Virus record (IMG/VR): IMGVR_UViG_3300044970_002959
Coordinates: 1-64,000 of that record
Length of the DNA stretch: 64,000 bases
Direction: 5' to 3' (one strand)
Origin: a virus
Part shown: positions 39,535 through 49,443 of the stretch, piece after piece
Layout: each line of letters starts with the position of its first letter
Numbering within the stretch: the first letter of the stretch is position 1
The notes under the pieces: model-generated
The model's input: the letters and a program-made list of their open reading frames with translations, nothing else
Databases searched by the model: none
Told to the model about the DNA's origin: nothing
Translations under genes and position numbers: made by a program

Positions 39535-42500
39535 ATGCCAACTTCTTGCTCCAATGTAGGAATGCCCGCTTCTCTTCGTTATGCTAATGGTGGTGGCCCT
39601 GTTATAGATGGGGATGTCAAGTTAAGTAATTTTAGCTTGGTTATTGGCATAGGATCTTCTTCTTCTAATTTAGATTTAGAGATGGTATATAATAATTGTG
39701 GTGGTGCTGGTGGCGTTCAGCTACCGCCAATAGGTAGTGCTGTTAGATTTCAGTGCGGAGCACTATATTTTGGAGGTATTGTAAATAGCTGTACATATTC
39801 ACAAAATAGTAATGGTATCTCTTATAAATTTAAAATAATCGACCCACGCAAAGTTTTGGAGATGGTATCAGTGATGCTAAAGGATTACTATTGCGCCTTG
39901 AATGCCCCAAACTTTATAAATGCTATGTACTATATGGAACAGGGGGTTGGGGTTTGTCCTAATCCTGGGAGCGATACCGAAAACTGGCCTAGACTTGGTG
40001 GCTGCGGTTCTTTTGGAAGATCTGGCGGACCAAGTTCTACTTACTTGAAAATGGCCCTAATGGCTGTGCAGACTAGTAATGCACCCATATATACCACATC
40101 GGGTGATATGTTAAGACTAAACATCAGCAGTGTTGTGGCTGCTTGTCCACAGTATGCAACAGTCAGTGGAAGTAGCTCATCACTACTAGGTCTTATTACT
40201 CAAGCGTGTGACGAAGGTGCGTGTGACTTCACCGTAACTTTGGAAGGAAATGCTATAACAGTTTGGACAATAAAGAGATTTGAACAACCCCCTACAAAAG
40301 TTATAGAGAATATTATATCGGCAGCCCAATCAACCGGAACGCTCATTAGCTCGGAAATAGGATTTGAGGAAATGTATGGGTCCGCAAATAAGGTTGTACT
40401 AGGAGAGAAGGTCAGCTATATGACAACGGCCCAAACGCGAGGTCGTGCGTCCATGATGCTAGGATACGATTCTAGTGGTCAGCCAGTTAGGGTTTATGGG
40501 GCTAATTTTACAGCAAATATTGATATCTCCGGATTATCTGAAAGCATGAGATCTCTGGCCGGTGTAGGACTACCAAATATGTTTCCAATCACAGAAGAAG
40601 AAATATTGTGTTCTGGTTCGGTTGAATTATGGAAGCTTTATGGAACTATTAAGCCAGGAAGTTTGGCTGGATATCTACTAAGAGCTCTTGGTATTCAACA
40701 AAAAATGCGTCCAGTGTATGATGCTTTTATGAGACTAATGAGCGGTGGCGATCAAGCCGCTTCCAATCTAAATACTGTTAATAGATCTCCAAGATTTGCG
40801 GCAAAAGAGCCAAAAGTGGTACTTTTTGAATTGGCTCATAAGTGGCTAACAGACTGGGCAGCAGATTGGTATGGGAAAAAATGGCTAATACCTATTAATT
40901 CATTTTGTGTGTCTCCTCTTCCAATGACCAGTGTTATTTCTGATGGCGGCCCATACTATATGTCTGATGCTCCAACAGACGCTGGATGGCCGACTAATGC
41001 TAATTTATTGGGTTTATCATATGGCTCGGATACATCAATATTTGAGTCCTCCGACGGAAAATTGTGTGGGTTTGTTGTGTTACCATTATCAGAGTCTATA
41101 TCACGCAATATTTATGGCAAGAGTATTGATTTCGTTTTATCTCCCGATGGTCTTAGTGGTGACTATTTATTAAAAAATAATAGAGCATACATAAAAGTAA
41201 ATACAGATGGTCCTGTATTTAGAAACGGAAACACTGCTGAGGTGCTTATTACTTCACCATTTATGGGTATGACAGCTAAACTTAATGAAAATCTCTTATC
41301 TTTTGGCCTGACTGCTCTAGCGTGTTTGATGCAGGATGCGAGCGTTTTGAAGCAAATGGAGACAAGACAATCTGGTTACGCAGATATTACCAGCTCAAAT
41401 ATTTATAAAATGGGGATGGCTTCTGCGGGATTTGATTTTGCTACTATCCCTATGAAAAGTAATGTATATGTTTATGGACCATGGACTGGCGGTGCTGGAG
41501 CCATTGGTGGTACCGAGGTAATATCTACAGACTTAAGTCCATGGAACTATGGAACATATGAGGCTATGGAAAGAGTCGGATCAACACTAGCATCAACAGG
41601 CTTTAGGAACTCGAACATAACAGAAACCGGAAGCATGACTGTCGCAGAACCACCCGGCTATAGCATACAGTATTTTTTGGGATTTGGTGTGCTAATAAAT
41701 AGCATTAACGTAAACTATAATAGTGGTGGCGCTACAACCAACTATAATTTTCAAACATATAGTGCTAAATTTGGGCAGTATGGTAAGGCATTAGCAGATA
41801 GTGTTAAGCAGTCGGTTAAAGCTAGAAACGAGATATTCTCATTTGTTAAAGAACAAAGAAGAAGAACTATTGCACTAACTAATACTATGAGAAGTAGCTT
41901 TAGTAGAGCTACTAGTATCAATACTTTTCGTACTGAATATAGATCGAGTATTAACAGCGCCTCTCCAGGAAATGTTTTGGTCGGAGGATACCACGACCCT
42001 TCCGCGCAAAGAAAGGTGATAGAGATAGGTCTAAATTCTAAGAAAGAATACGAAACCGCTGTCGAGGGGGCCGGTTTTCAAAATATGGCTATTATGTCAT
42101 TGGATGGATTATTTATGCCAGTATCCATAAAAGGAAGAAATAACTATCTTCCTAGATATATGGCTAATTTTAAATATGAAAAGGGTAATAAGTCTAGAAA
42201 AACTAGACCATCCATGCCTCCATTAAATGGAGACCAAGACAATACATCAAAAGCTTTTCCCATCAATCAAACATATCTGAATCCCATTCTGAGTTCCAGT
42301 ATGTTTAGCGAATGGACAGACGGAAGAGGCAGATCGTCCAGCACCACCATACAGGCTCTTGGTTTTGGAACAAACTCTCCGTCGCAAGACTTATACGGAC
42401 CAATAGATAGTAAATATGATAGTCAAACAGATTTTGGTTTCTATGCCTTAAGAGGCCCTCTAGTGCTACAGTCTTGGGGATATGATACAGAAAATAAACC

Positions 42501-43587
42501 GATACCGAATGCCGTAGACAGTCCATCTAGCGCGATGGCGGGCCAATTTAATCATGAAAATACAAGAAATAAGTTTTTGGACGATTGGTTAGCCAAGCCA
42601 GAAACATGGCCCATAGGTCCTGTGGATCTTAGATTCGACAGGGATAGGGGTGTATGGGTTTGTCCACCCCCAGATAGAATACTTTTAGCTGAACTAACCG
42701 CAGAGCTTAAAGAGAGCGGATGCGCGGAGGCAAAATTATTAAATCCAACACTAAGCGGTTCGGGCTGTAGCAACCCAAAAGCATTTTATGATCAGTATAA
42801 AATTTGGGGCAGTAATGGCGAAAGTTTAATTGATCAAATAGAAAAACAAAAAATAACAGTTTATAATTTTTTAAATAATACAAGTATATCTAAGGGTGAA
42901 AAAATATATGTAGTATATAATGATGATAAGTATTTAGCCATACCTAAAGGAGGAGGCTCCAAGATCAAGGTTTGCAAATATGAAGGGGAATGGAAAATAA
43001 ATGAAGCAAAAGACGTTACCCCCTATAAGGTTACTGGAGAGAAAAATCATAAAACAGATCCAAGCAAAGGAAATTTAGAAGGAGATGGTGATTATCAACC
43101 GGTAAAGGCATTAAATTTACTCAGGACAGTTAAACCAAATTCTGACGGAGAGGAGACTTGGTGCATAATAGCCGACATCGGATCTTCTTTTCATGTTGTT
43201 ATAGCCTTTGGTAGTGGTTGTCCCTCTGGTCATATGGACGCCGGGCTTATTGATCCTAATGCTGATATGGAAGCCGCTCTAGATAATATAACTCAGGGAA
43301 GCGAGAAGGTGCAAATTTTGGTTAACAACAAAGGGTGTGCTACTTGGTGGAATTTAGAGGCGGTTGATGTTTTAAAAGATGCATCTCTAGAATCCTCAGA
43401 ACTTAAGTTTGATAAGAAAAAAATATTTGCACTTATTTCTAGCGAAGAGATAGAGCCAGCAACCATACCCGTGGCTGCTTGCGAGGAAGAAACTGGTAGT
43501 GGCGTTAGTGCAAGTTCCGATGGGGAATCCCCGGTCGATAGCGAACCACCTCCGGAATTACCTGGAGGTCGAGGGCCACCCTTTTAA
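39535..43587 (+). CDS. large tail-tip hub / central tail protein
   Basis: 1350 aa, last gene of the tail module; hub-like N-terminus (FGGIV....Y...I.DPR) and a LRGPLVL.SWGYD...GPVDLRFD motif. Confidence 0.5.
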   Translation: MPTSCSNVGMPASLRYANGGGPVIDGDVKLSNFSLVIGIGSSSSNLDLEMVYNNCGGAGGVQLPPIGSAVRFQCGALYFGGIVNSCTYSQNSNGISYKFKIIDPRKVLEMVSVMLKDYYCALNAPNFINAMYYMEQGVGVCPNPGSDTENWPRLGGCGSFGRSGGPSSTYLKMALMAVQTSNAPIYTTSGDMLRLNISSVVAACPQYATVSGSSSSLLGLITQACDEGACDFTVTLEGNAITVWTIKRFEQPPTKVIENIISAAQSTGTLISSEIGFEEMYGSANKVVLGEKVSYMTTAQTRGRASMMLGYDSSGQPVRVYGANFTANIDISGLSESMRSLAGVGLPNMFPITEEEILCSGSVELWKLYGTIKPGSLAGYLLRALGIQQKMRPVYDAFMRLMSGGDQAASNLNTVNRSPRFAAKEPKVVLFELAHKWLTDWAADWYGKKWLIPINSFCVSPLPMTSVISDGGPYYMSDAPTDAGWPTNANLLGLSYGSDTSIFESSDGKLCGFVVLPLSESISRNIYGKSIDFVLSPDGLSGDYLLKNNRAYIKVNTDGPVFRNGNTAEVLITSPFMGMTAKLNENLLSFGLTALACLMQDASVLKQMETRQSGYADITSSNIYKMGMASAGFDFATIPMKSNVYVYGPWTGGAGAIGGTEVISTDLSPWNYGTYEAMERVGSTLASTGFRNSNITETGSMTVAEPPGYSIQYFLGFGVLINSINVNYNSGGATTNYNFQTYSAKFGQYGKALADSVKQSVKARNEIFSFVKEQRRRTIALTNTMRSSFSRATSINTFRTEYRSSINSASPGNVLVGGYHDPSAQRKVIEIGLNSKKEYETAVEGAGFQNMAIMSLDGLFMPVSIKGRNNYLPRYMANFKYEKGNKSRKTRPSMPPLNGDQDNTSKAFPINQTYLNPILSSSMFSEWTDGRGRSSSTTIQALGFGTNSPSQDLYGPIDSKYDSQTDFGFYALRGPLVLQSWGYDTENKPIPNAVDSPSSAMAGQFNHENTRNKFLDDWLAKPETWPIGPVDLRFDRDRGVWVCPPPDRILLAELTAELKESGCAEAKLLNPTLSGSGCSNPKAFYDQYKIWGSNGESLIDQIEKQKITVYNFLNNTSISKGEKIYVVYNDDKYLAIPKGGGSKIKVCKYEGEWKINEAKDVTPYKVTGEKNHKTDPSKGNLEGDGDYQPVKALNLLRTVKPNSDGEETWCIIADIGSSFHVVIAFGSGCPSGHMDAGLIDPNADMEAALDNITQGSEKVQILVNNKGCATWWNLEAVDVLKDASLESSELKFDKKKIFALISSEEIEPATIPVAACEEETGSGVSASSDGESPVDSEPPPELPGGRGPPF

Positions 43588-43591
43588 CCGT

Positions 43592-43623
43592 CCGAATAAG
43601 TAGATAATAACTTACTTATTCGG
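43592..43623. terminator. 11-bp inverted repeat at the convergence of the two genome arms
   Basis: CCGAATAAGTA-N10-TACTTATTCGG between convergent stops; no long U tract. Confidence 0.5.
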
Positions 43624-44412
43624 TAAAATCATAAGATGATTATGTAGTGGTTCTTTTGTAAGAAATACTGTTTTTGTGGAGCAAATTTTACGCTCGTCGA
43701 AACCTTTTAATTTTTTTCCATACATGACTATATCTCCATATAAAGACGTTTTATATAGCTTGTGCTCAGGAGACTTTACTATCTCTACAAATTCATAATT
43801 ATTGGTGTCTACTATTAATTCCTTTGCGTGTCGAGGATTTTCTTTTTTTTGTAGTGAAATAATTATTTTAGTTGGGTCTTTTGATAGATATGAAACCTTA
43901 TGAATATATTGATTTAATGAGACTAATGTTTTTTTGGAGCCGTTTCTATGATTTATATAAATATGTATATCATCATTATCTAAAAATTTAGTTCTAACAA
44001 ATAGACAGTTATTTATAAAGCCATGATAAGACATAACATTTGTATCATGCGCTAACGACATATGCTCTAATGAATAACCAAGCATTTTATAAAGCCTGTA
44101 GGTTGGCTTTTCCGGAGTGCTCGCAAGAAAAGAAATAACTACTTGATTGTTTTTATTGATATATCCGGTTGGAGAACACTCTACAGTACCAGAAGGTAAT
44201 CCCGTATTAAAAAGACCCCACTGTTGAGTCACCGCATTAATATATCCAACACGCCAATCTTTTCCTGGAAAATCTGGATTATCAAAACCAATAGAAAATA
44301 ATAGAATTTTATCGCTCAAGATGAAAGGCATATGAGTATTTATTCCTTTCGCATGCAGATCATCTAACACAGAGCAGAAAGGAGTTTTGGTCTCAGTAAA
44401 CAAATTGTTCAT
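43612..44412 (-). CDS. hypothetical protein (possibly beta-propeller-like)
   Basis: 266-aa ORF of short beta-strand-like segments, overlapping the end of the upstream gene. Confidence 0.55.
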   Translation of the reverse strand: MNNLFTETKTPFCSVLDDLHAKGINTHMPFILSDKILLFSIGFDNPDFPGKDWRVGYINAVTQQWGLFNTGLPSGTVECSPTGYINKNNQVVISFLASTPEKPTYRLYKMLGYSLEHMSLAHDTNVMSYHGFINNCLFVRTKFLDNDDIHIYINHRNGSKKTLVSLNQYIHKVSYLSKDPTKIIISLQKKENPRHAKELIVDTNNYEFVEIVKSPEHKLYKTSLYGDIVMYGKKLKGFDERKICSTKTVFLTKEPLHNHLMILPNK

Positions 44413-44995
44413 ATATCTTACTTTGTTCGTATGCGTACTTGCCTATGGTTTTGCTAAGTTTTCCAATGGCTTCCATTTGATCGGATGGCAGGACCACCTC
44501 TTTCCTTTTATTGCTCTCTGAGAGTCTAAAGGCTTGTTCTAGTCGTAAATTGCAGTTTATCCACAGCGCCTCGTGCATATGCTCAAGCATAAAATATGCC
44601 TGCTTTATTGACTTAAATGGAGCAACAGTGTTTATGGGTACGTCTCTGGTCTGAAAACCAGCATGTGTATCCATAAAGACCCCGTTACTAGCAAAAAAGC
44701 AAACGCGATCTGGTACTGGAGGCTTGAAACTATCTGGAGGGAACTCGTCCAGCTTCTGATTTAGGACTATATTATTCTCTATGAGACCATTTACAAAATT
44801 TTCCATTTGTTCTGTTAGTTTGGTTTTATTCGTAGTAAGAGTTTCTATAAAAATATTATCATCTTTTTTTAAGGTGAGATAATAGCTAACCAAGCAGAGT
44901 ATTTTTCTGATTAGTTTTACATCGCATCTTAAAAGATCTAAGAAATATTCATAAGAAACAATCACACGATCCTGCTCAAAGGTTTGCTCTGCCAT
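44393..44995 (-). CDS. hypothetical protein
   Basis: 200-aa ORF with AAAGGA RBS. Confidence 0.6.
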   Translation of the reverse strand: MAEQTFEQDRVIVSYEYFLDLLRCDVKLIRKILCLVSYYLTLKKDDNIFIETLTTNKTKLTEQMENFVNGLIENNIVLNQKLDEFPPDSFKPPVPDRVCFFASNGVFMDTHAGFQTRDVPINTVAPFKSIKQAYFMLEHMHEALWINCNLRLEQAFRLSESNKRKEVVLPSDQMEAIGKLSKTIGKYAYEQSKIYEQFVY

Positions 44996-45022
44996 TGGGT
45001 CCTTTCTTGCTGTTTTTATAAT

Positions 45023-45685
45023 TTATGGCACTATGGGATCTGGCATATTGTCTTCCCATGGTATACCTGGGCCGTTGTGGTCTGCTATGGCTGGCACACA
45101 AGGATCAGGTCCAGGCCATATAACTTTCCCATTTTTTCTACACCCTATTTGAAGCTGTAATACATACCTACACGAAAGATCTCCATCACAGTGTAGTCCC
45201 AAGATAAGACTACCTAGTATCGCTGCTATGGTTTGTGTGTCCAACAGACCCATACTATGAGCTAGATACAACAAGGGAGAGCCCCATAATAAACTAGCAA
45301 AAGTAAAAGGAGAATCCTTTGTGACGCATGGCGGCTCATACGGCATCGGATAACATGCATCATTTGGTAATCCATTTAATTCGCCATTATCAATCTGTCC
45401 TGATTTTATAACCTGACAGGTTGGTAAATTAATAATTCTCCAGTCTGTGCCACCACGACACTCAGACGGAGCGTCTTTGATCTTTTTGTATTTAGAAAAT
45501 CCTTTCGCACACTTGGAAACTCCAGGCCAAACAATAGGTCTGATTAAAGTAACCGTAGTAACAATACAGCCACCCGAGCAACAGCAACAACCCTTTCCGT
45601 CGCTACCAGCAAAAACAAGAGAAGCTCCTCTTTTTAGCAGATTCGAGACCCCGTCTTTACTGAAGATAGTTAATGAGTTGGCCAT
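45023..45685 (-). CDS. cysteine-rich hypothetical protein
   Basis: GCCCCSGGC motif, many further Cys and a hydrophobic segment. Confidence 0.6.
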   Translation of the reverse strand: MANSLTIFSKDGVSNLLKRGASLVFAGSDGKGCCCCSGGCIVTTVTLIRPIVWPGVSKCAKGFSKYKKIKDAPSECRGGTDWRIINLPTCQVIKSGQIDNGELNGLPNDACYPMPYEPPCVTKDSPFTFASLLWGSPLLYLAHSMGLLDTQTIAAILGSLILGLHCDGDLSCRYVLQLQIGCRKNGKVIWPGPDPCVPAIADHNGPGIPWEDNMPDPIVP

Positions 45686-45698
45686 CTTATCTTAATTA

Positions 45699-46028
45699 TT
45701 ATTTACTGGACGAGTCCTTGGACCATTTATGCCATCCCTTATTTGGCAAATAATTACCGTCATCATCTTTGCGCTTAGGGAATAGAGTGCCTCCCTTTTT
45801 GTGCTGACCAAAAGCAAGAAGAGCGCCGCAGTCGTTACACCTTAATTCATAGTAATCATTGCCATCCACATTTCTCACCACAAAACGTAAATTATCCTTT
45901 CCGCACAAGCCACACTTTTCTTCTCCAAAAATTTCTTGTATTAAAGCCAACTCCTTAAAGATCTCTTTTTGACCAGAGCCCTCAAGTTCAAATGCTAGCT
46001 TATTATTAACGTTATATATAACTTTCAT
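45699..46028 (-). CDS. zinc-ribbon protein
   Basis: CGLC and CNDC pairs; GGAGA RBS. Confidence 0.65.
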   Translation of the reverse strand: MKVIYNVNNKLAFELEGSGQKEIFKELALIQEIFGEEKCGLCGKDNLRFVVRNVDGNDYYELRCNDCGALLAFGQHKKGGTLFPKRKDDDGNYLPNKGWHKWSKDSSSK

Positions 46029-46040
46029 AGATAATCTCCA

Positions 46041-46742
46041 CTATTTCCAATTACTATCGTATCCCTTTAGCTCTGACGGAATATTTTTAGTATCTTGTTG
46101 GTAAGATGACAAGTTTTTGATAATGTCAACAGCGACACTATGCTCTATATTATAAACATTTTTATCGGTGTGTCCACTAGAATTTAATAATTTTTCCATA
46201 CTAATATCTAGTCTTCTAGCTAATACATCCATAAAATTAAGCTGATTATTACTTACCTTAGAAATATTGGCTCCATCTGGATGGTCTTCTGTTTCCGTAG
46301 CCAATTCGTCAGCAGTTACTACCTTTCTTAGTCTTAGTGCTCGTCTTAGCGCTCTGCCTTCGGCTCGTGTTTCTGCTACCGCTACCGGATGATTGCGAAA
46401 AATCTTATCGCAATTCCCCCAGTAAACATCCGCCGCGCCACTGACCGTTTTTGGATTTCTTTCCTTATCTCCGTTTAAAACATATGCTAGCGTATGAACT
46501 ACTGTTGCTCGTTTTTCATTATCAATAGTAGGAGACTGAACAACATCAGAAATAGAATCAACTATTTCGCAGTTCATTGCTATTTCAAAGATTCTCCTGA
46601 GTCCGTCCGTGGTAGGATTGTCATCTATCTTCTCGTCGTCGTGCAGAAGACCAAGAACATAATCATTCCACTCTATATCATGATATGAGATCTTTTTGTC
46701 TTTTGTATTATTGTCCTTGGATTCTTTTACCTTTTCTGCCAT
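46041..46742 (-). CDS. putative ssDNA-annealing protein (Rad52/Sak/Erf-like)
   Basis: 'AVAETRAEGRALRRAL...ADEL' helix typical of annealase families. Confidence 0.45.
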   Translation of the reverse strand: MAEKVKESKDNNTKDKKISYHDIEWNDYVLGLLHDDEKIDDNPTTDGLRRIFEIAMNCEIVDSISDVVQSPTIDNEKRATVVHTLAYVLNGDKERNPKTVSGAADVYWGNCDKIFRNHPVAVAETRAEGRALRRALRLRKVVTADELATETEDHPDGANISKVSNNQLNFMDVLARRLDISMEKLLNSSGHTDKNVYNIEHSVAVDIIKNLSSYQQDTKNIPSELKGYDSNWK

Positions 46743-47536
46743 TAGCAGTCTCCTATTGTTATGAGTCTATTATCAATGTCCGGAAACTTAGTTTCTATTT
46801 GCTTTATTTGTTTCAGAACAGATTCCCAGATGATCCGCCCCCTGGTTGGTGAGTAGTCCTTGGTCTGTTTTATTCTAATCAGAACGCAGCCCTTGCCAAG
46901 GAGTAGTCCAGTTTTCTTGTTGTCATACTTTATGTTTCTGTTAAGAGCATCCTCTCCCCACACTGGTAAAAAATGTGATGGTCCATCTACCTCAATAGCA
47001 ATATTTAAAGACGGAATAAATATGTCTATTTGTAGTTTGGTGTTAAGTATAGACTGTTCTTTATGAAACTCTGGCTTATAACCAGCTTTTAGTAATTCTG
47101 AGAGTAAAAATTTTTCTAATTTTGATCCCTGCTTACTAGTGTCCCTTACGGCTTTATTAGCTGAGTCTATCATGTTTTGTCTTTCGTCTTCCGATAGACT
47201 ATCCCAGTGTTGTTTTGCTTTTTCTTTTCGTTGACGCAAACAAGCCTCATCCATATTTTCCCAACTACTTAAAACCCCCTCCCCTATTTTTCTTTTTGTT
47301 TGCTCTGGCCTATTTTTGCCTTTTGTTGGGTGTTTGTGCGTTCCGGTAGATAGTGCATTTTTTTGAGCTTCACTTTTGTCTCTTATTTGTATATTAAACT
47401 TTTTTGCATCTCTTCTAATTTTATTAGCATAAGTATTATATATCTCAGCTATTTGTTGAAAAGATTTTTTTTCTAAACAATATAGTTTATTAATGATCTC
47501 TGTTTTTTTGCTATCAGACAAGTCTTCGTATTTCAT
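46742..47536 (-). CDS. Vsr/DUF559-like PD-(D/E)XK endonuclease with HTH and NUMOD3-like DNA-binding region (homing-endonuclease-like)
   Basis: SKLE...IDIFIPSLNIAIEVDGPSH; KGKNRPEQTKRKIG. Confidence 0.7.
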   Translation of the reverse strand: MKYEDLSDSKKTEIINKLYCLEKKSFQQIAEIYNTYANKIRRDAKKFNIQIRDKSEAQKNALSTGTHKHPTKGKNRPEQTKRKIGEGVLSSWENMDEACLRQRKEKAKQHWDSLSEDERQNMIDSANKAVRDTSKQGSKLEKFLLSELLKAGYKPEFHKEQSILNTKLQIDIFIPSLNIAIEVDGPSHFLPVWGEDALNRNIKYDNKKTGLLLGKGCVLIRIKQTKDYSPTRGRIIWESVLKQIKQIETKFPDIDNRLITIGDC

Positions 47537-47538
47537 AG

Positions 47539-47913
47539 CTATTGACCTATTTCTTTAATAGATTTGATCTTAATAATCTTTTCGTTGTTTAGTGTTGTTT
47601 CATCATCACCCATATAGAAATATGTGTTGTTTGGAAAAGCAGACAATAGCCAGTCATCATTAATGCTTTCTAAAATAACATTTGCTTTTCCGGACCCAAG
47701 ATAAATAGAATGAAAAATCGGCATGAATAGGTTTTCTCTTAATAGATTGATGTCAGAATAAAGAGCATAAATGTATTTATTTAGATTCTCTTTTTCTGAG
47801 AGCATCGTTTGTAACTCTACGAATCTAGGATCAGTAAGAATGTCCTGAGTAATTTCATTATAATATAAAGCTATATTAATTGGCATGTTTTTTGATGAAT
47901 CTACAGATAGCAT
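47539..47913 (-). CDS. hypothetical protein in glycosyltransferase cluster
   Basis: ORF continuity with neighbours; the start may be the internal ATG (MPINIALY). Confidence 0.5.
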   Translation of the reverse strand: MLSVDSSKNMPINIALYYNEITQDILTDPRFVELQTMLSEKENLNKYIYALYSDINLLRENLFMPIFHSIYLGSGKANVILESINDDWLLSAFPNNTYFYMGDDETTLNNEKIIKIKSIKEIGQ

Positions 47914-48544
47914 TTTTTTGTCTCATATTGTTAAAGTAAATAAAATCTTTGTCATCTATTTTAGATTTGTTAACCAAAGATCCTGTTTCAACTAATTTAT
48001 TTATCATTTCAAAATATAGTAAATTATATCTTTGATAAAATAATTCATTTTTAATTTTATTGGTTTCTTTTTCAGCTAAGAAAAATATATTACAAAACTT
48101 GTGTTGTGGCAAATCTAGAAACATATGTTCTACCCTATCATTTGCCGTTATACATCCAACTCCAAGATCCGCACACTTATCTGTAGTTATAATAGTAGAA
48201 TTTTCGAATGAGTCTATCTTTTGTAAGATGCTGGGATTAAATAAACATCCATAATCTATAAAGCATACCTTTTCATTTTTAGATTCTTTACATCCCGCGT
48301 ATATAGGATTTAAGTTATTGCTGTCAATAACTTTTATATTTTTACCAAAAGCCTTTTGCAGCTTCTGAAAATCAAAGTCGGCAACTATCACAATCTCTAC
48401 ATTTTTGGCTTTCTTTTTTTTGATCCACGATATTTGATAATCAAGCAATCTATAATTATTAAATGTCATAAGCCCTTTAGAGCCAAAAGATTTCATTCCC
48501 TTGTCTATATGACATGCGACTATAACATATGTAATTTTATGCAT
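47876..48544 (-). CDS. degenerate sugar-nucleotidyltransferase-like protein
   Basis: 'KGMKSFGSKGL...LLDYQI...EIVIVADF' resembles the GlmU/LicC N-terminus but lacks GxGTR. Confidence 0.5.
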   Translation of the reverse strand: MHKITYVIVACHIDKGMKSFGSKGLMTFNNYRLLDYQISWIKKKKAKNVEIVIVADFDFQKLQKAFGKNIKVIDSNNLNPIYAGCKESKNEKVCFIDYGCLFNPSILQKIDSFENSTIITTDKCADLGVGCITANDRVEHMFLDLPQHKFCNIFFLAEKETNKIKNELFYQRYNLLYFEMINKLVETGSLVNKSKIDDKDFIYFNNMRQKNAICRFIKKHAN

Positions 48545-48971
48545 TGTTTTTGCCGCACTTTATAGAGTATTGGACTCCATTTACAAACTTTGATTCCAAG
48601 ATAACCAATCCAGCATCTTTAAGCAATGTTATTATCCTGCCCATACTGCTAATATTCTTTTTGTGCTGAGAAAATACTAGATTATTATATGTTTCTATGT
48701 CTATTTGATTATTCAATACGGCAGAACTGACCCCATAGATATCCGTAGCCTGAATGCAAAGAACTCCGTCACTATCCAAGCAGCTTGATACCTCTTCAAG
48801 AAAAGAGTTTTTTTGAATATTGTCTATAAAGTCGAGTAGATCTAGTATAAAAATTTCTTTCGCTTTTTTAATCTTCTTGATCTTATTATATTCTATAAAT
48901 TGTAAATCTTGTGGTATTATTGGTAGTTCCGAATGATACACAAAATATTTCTTACTCTTATTGCTCGTCAT
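48537..48971 (-). CDS. degenerate SAM-methyltransferase-like protein
   Basis: 'LLDFI...FLEEVSSCLDSDGVLCI..D' and 'LLKDAGL' resemble class I MTase C-terminal motifs; no motif I. Confidence 0.35.
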   Translation of the reverse strand: MTSNKSKKYFVYHSELPIIPQDLQFIEYNKIKKIKKAKEIFILDLLDFIDNIQKNSFLEEVSSCLDSDGVLCIQATDIYGVSSAVLNNQIDIETYNNLVFSQHKKNISSMGRIITLLKDAGLVILESKFVNGVQYSIKCGKNNA

Positions 48972-49443
48972 TATCTTTTATCTTTACAACCGATTTTATT
49001 AGGTCGTATATCAGATCCCTCCACTGGTTGATTGATTCTGTTTTTGTAGTATCATACAACATAATTTTGTCATGAATTCTCCCCCAAGAATCATAAATAA
49101 GATCACTAATGGCTATCTGTAGTGTTGGTTCTATTTCAATATTATTTTTAGTGTCTATAGTAATATTTCTAGGCTTATGATCATGATCTACTATCAGTAG
49201 GGGACTATGAAAGTATTTTGCTGATTCTATACATTTTTCTAAATGACTAATCCTAGAATTACATATGATGATATCTATAGAGGCAAACCCAAAATATGTG
49301 TGGTCAAATTCTAAAAAGGATGGCTTATCCAAGCACTTATCAATAAAGTTTTTGAACATTATATTGTCTGTTGGCGTCCATAAAACGTTAATAACGTCTT
49401 GTTTTTGGAGAAATTCTCTATGTAATATAGACGATAGTATCAT
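48958..49443 (-). CDS. hypothetical protein, possible GT-B N-terminal domain fragment
   Basis: 'IDIIICN...PLLIVDH' Rossmann-like strands, next to glycosyltransferases. Confidence 0.35.
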   Translation of the reverse strand: MILSSILHREFLQKQDVINVLWTPTDNIMFKNFIDKCLDKPSFLEFDHTYFGFASIDIIICNSRISHLEKCIESAKYFHSPLLIVDHDHKPRNITIDTKNNIEIEPTLQIAISDLIYDSWGRIHDKIMLYDTTKTESINQWRDLIYDLIKSVVKIKDNDEQ

